Virus record (IMG/VR): IMGVR_UViG_3300021335_000003
DNA from: a virus
Direction: 5' to 3' (one strand)
Length of the DNA stretch: 64,000 nt
Both the position numbers and the translations under genes were made by a program. Under the pieces are notes generated by a model that was not told the origin of the DNA, did no database searches, and saw only the letters and a program-made list of their open reading frames with translations. Positions 62,557 to 64,000 of this stretch are shown here, piece by piece; the first letter of the stretch is position 1, and each line of letters opens with the position of its first letter.

Positions 62557-63042
62557 TTAAAACCTTTTATTGATTGTAATATAATTATCATATTTTTTGT
62601 GCCAACCTGTGATTTCTTCAATTTCCGAAAAATATGTTTTCCAGTTTTTATTCCAGTCTTCGTAATCTTTATAGAAAAAATTTAATTTGCCTATGTTATC
62701 ATTTTTCCAATTAATCCAGGCGTAATAAATATCTTCTGTTTTCTTTTCTTCTTTGTTAGGAAAATTATGAGATACCCAAAAATCTACTCTGCGTTTCTTT
62801 ATACTTTTCCAAAATGCGTCAAAATCTTTACAGGTTGCAATGTAAAATACATTTGGATCTAATTCTAGCAATGAACCAGAAGGTCCGTGTATATTGTAGT
62901 AAGCAGGATTTTGTCCTAATGGTGTTAAGTGCTTCCAAAATGTTTGTTTGCGTGTTACTGTAAAGTTTTCTTTTACAGTAGCATGTAACCAGTTTGTGCC
63001 AGTTCGTTGCAAACCAATTACATGATAATGTTTGTACTTCAC
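62557..63042 (-). CDS. Sulfotransferase-like (P-loop) protein
   Basis: 'IGLQRTGTNWL' resembles the PAPS 5'-phosphosulfate-binding motif; also 'WKH' and 'YED'; GTG start. Confidence 0.55.
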   Translation of the reverse strand: MKYKHYHVIGLQRTGTNWLHATVKENFTVTRKQTFWKHLTPLGQNPAYYNIHGPSGSLLELDPNVFYIATCKDFDAFWKSIKKRRVDFWVSHNFPNKEEKKTEDIYYAWINWKNDNIGKLNFFYKDYEDWNKNWKTYFSEIEEITGWHKKYDNYITINKRF

Positions 63043-63752
63043 ATAAGAACCTTTTGACTATCCAAACTTATTATTAAATGATTGCGAGGAGTATTTCCTC
63101 CATTTACAGCATAATGTTTTACACCTGGATTTACCAGCCAAACACTACCATCAGCAGGAATATGCTCTCTATATTCGTTACCGTCTTTATCCCAACCGCC
63201 GTTAAAACATTTATCATTAGTTTCTAGTGCAATGTGCAGTCTTATACCATAAAGTGTGTCATAGTCTATATGAGGTTTAACTTCGCTATGTGGTGCTAGA
63301 TTTGCAAATCGAGTCCTGTGCGACCCTGTGAACGTGTCGAGTACCTCACGTAAATACAAAGGAACATCATCTTTAACTTTTCTATACCAGCGTTCATCTG
63401 CTTTAGGATCACGTTTTGCTACTCTTGTATCCCAAGCACTACCACTTAATTCAGTCCTTTGGCTTATATCATATGACTCGTCAAACTCAGTCAAACTTAA
63501 TTGTTGATAACTAGACGTTTCCCAGTCTAAATCACAAACACAATCAACTTTCTCTAGTTCTTCTTCTTTGAAAAACATTTTTGGAAGTTTAGTATGTGTT
63601 TCGCACATATGAGCGTAGTCACTGCCAAGCCCATCCCAAACTTTGTCTGCTGCAAACTGATTTAATTCTTCCTTGAGTCTTTTGATGTCAAATCTGTAAT
63701 CAAGTCTAGCAATGACTGGTAGTTCGTGTCGTCCTTTCCAGCTACTTGACAT
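63039..63752 (-). CDS. Aspartyl/asparaginyl beta-hydroxylase-like (LpxO-like) Fe(II)/2OG oxygenase
   Basis: 'RTRFANLAPHSEVKPHIDY...RLHIAL...HIPADGSVWLVNPGVKHYAVNGG..PRNHLII'; ATG at 63752 with GGAGG RBS. Confidence 0.8.
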   Translation of the reverse strand: MSSSWKGRHELPVIARLDYRFDIKRLKEELNQFAADKVWDGLGSDYAHMCETHTKLPKMFFKEEELEKVDCVCDLDWETSSYQQLSLTEFDESYDISQRTELSGSAWDTRVAKRDPKADERWYRKVKDDVPLYLREVLDTFTGSHRTRFANLAPHSEVKPHIDYDTLYGIRLHIALETNDKCFNGGWDKDGNEYREHIPADGSVWLVNPGVKHYAVNGGNTPRNHLIISLDSQKVLM

Positions 63753-63779
63753 TTTAACCTCCAATATACTTCTCCAACT

Positions 63780-63788
63780 GTATTTAAT
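63780..63788 (-). promoter_or_regulatory. Putative late promoter (ATTAAATAC) upstream of the hydroxylase-to-B12-rSAM operon
   Basis: TAAATA core at 63786-63781 on the minus strand, in the intergenic gap. Confidence 0.45.
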
Positions 63789-63791
63789 CCT

Positions 63792-64000
63792 TTAGACCAC
63801 AGGTGTGGTTTTATCTTTGATGAATATTTTTTCAATTATCCAACCAATCAAATCATATCTGTGTAATCTGTACTTATTTGGATTATCATGATGCACATCA
63901 TGGAAAGCATCACCAAATGTAATTAAAGCTAACCAAAGAACGGTTCTTGGTTGATAATCTTTATGTGCCCAACTTAAAACTAAAGTTCCAAAAAACAAAG
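63792..64000 (-). CDS. C-terminal part of a second fatty-acid desaturase (truncated by window end)
   Basis: 'SWAH...LALITFGDAFHDVHHDNP...DLIGWIIE' mirrors the C-terminus of 60412-61173. Confidence 0.8.
   Translation of the reverse strand, partial: LFFGTLVLSWAHKDYQPRTVLWLALITFGDAFHDVHHDNPNKYRLHRYDLIGWIIEKIFIKDKTTPVV

Noticed and set aside
1-64000. Stop-codon reassignment as seen in some jumbo phages
   Set aside because: Genes tile the window at high density in the standard code, and TAA, TGA and TAG all end genes at sensible boundaries.
1-64000. tRNA/ncRNA genes, CRISPR arrays, inteins, introns, DGR or invertible fibre cassettes
   Set aside because: Intergenic gaps are under ~75 bp. I saw no direct-repeat arrays, inverted-repeat-flanked segments, recombinase or RT genes, or intein splice motifs by eye.

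Overview
This 64-kb window is a gene-dense, AT-rich segment of a large (jumbo-type) contractile-tailed phage. It reads in the standard genetic code, and I found no RNA genes, CRISPR arrays or mobile elements. The left half (1-30.5 kb) is a baseplate/tail module: a hub-like protein, gp5/VgrG-like spike, gp25- and gp6-like wedge proteins, a 4587-aa giant structural protein, three paralogous fibre proteins and two further virion paralogs. Several of these genes follow a TAAATA late-promoter-like motif. The right half (30.6-64 kb, running off the window) is a roughly 33-kb biosynthetic-type enzyme cluster. It holds 12 radical SAM enzymes (11 with auxiliary Cys-rich Twitch/SPASM-like domains in three architectures, 1 B12-binding), 5 glycosyltransferase-like proteins, 2 QueC-like PP-loop ATPases, 3 SGNH-like proteins and 2 methyltransferases. 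It also has an SDR, an adenylate-forming ligase, a GNAT-like protein, 2-3 Fe(II)/2OG-type oxygenases, 2 fatty-acid desaturases and a sulfotransferase-like protein. One fibre-like gene is embedded inside the cluster. My leading hypothesis, which is inference, is a phage-encoded pathway that builds a heavily tailored, possibly acylated glycan or similar adduct on virion proteins. A recurring Asp-Ser-Thr motif in the structural proteins is a candidate acceptor site. All family assignments come from motif recognition by eye; no database searches were run.
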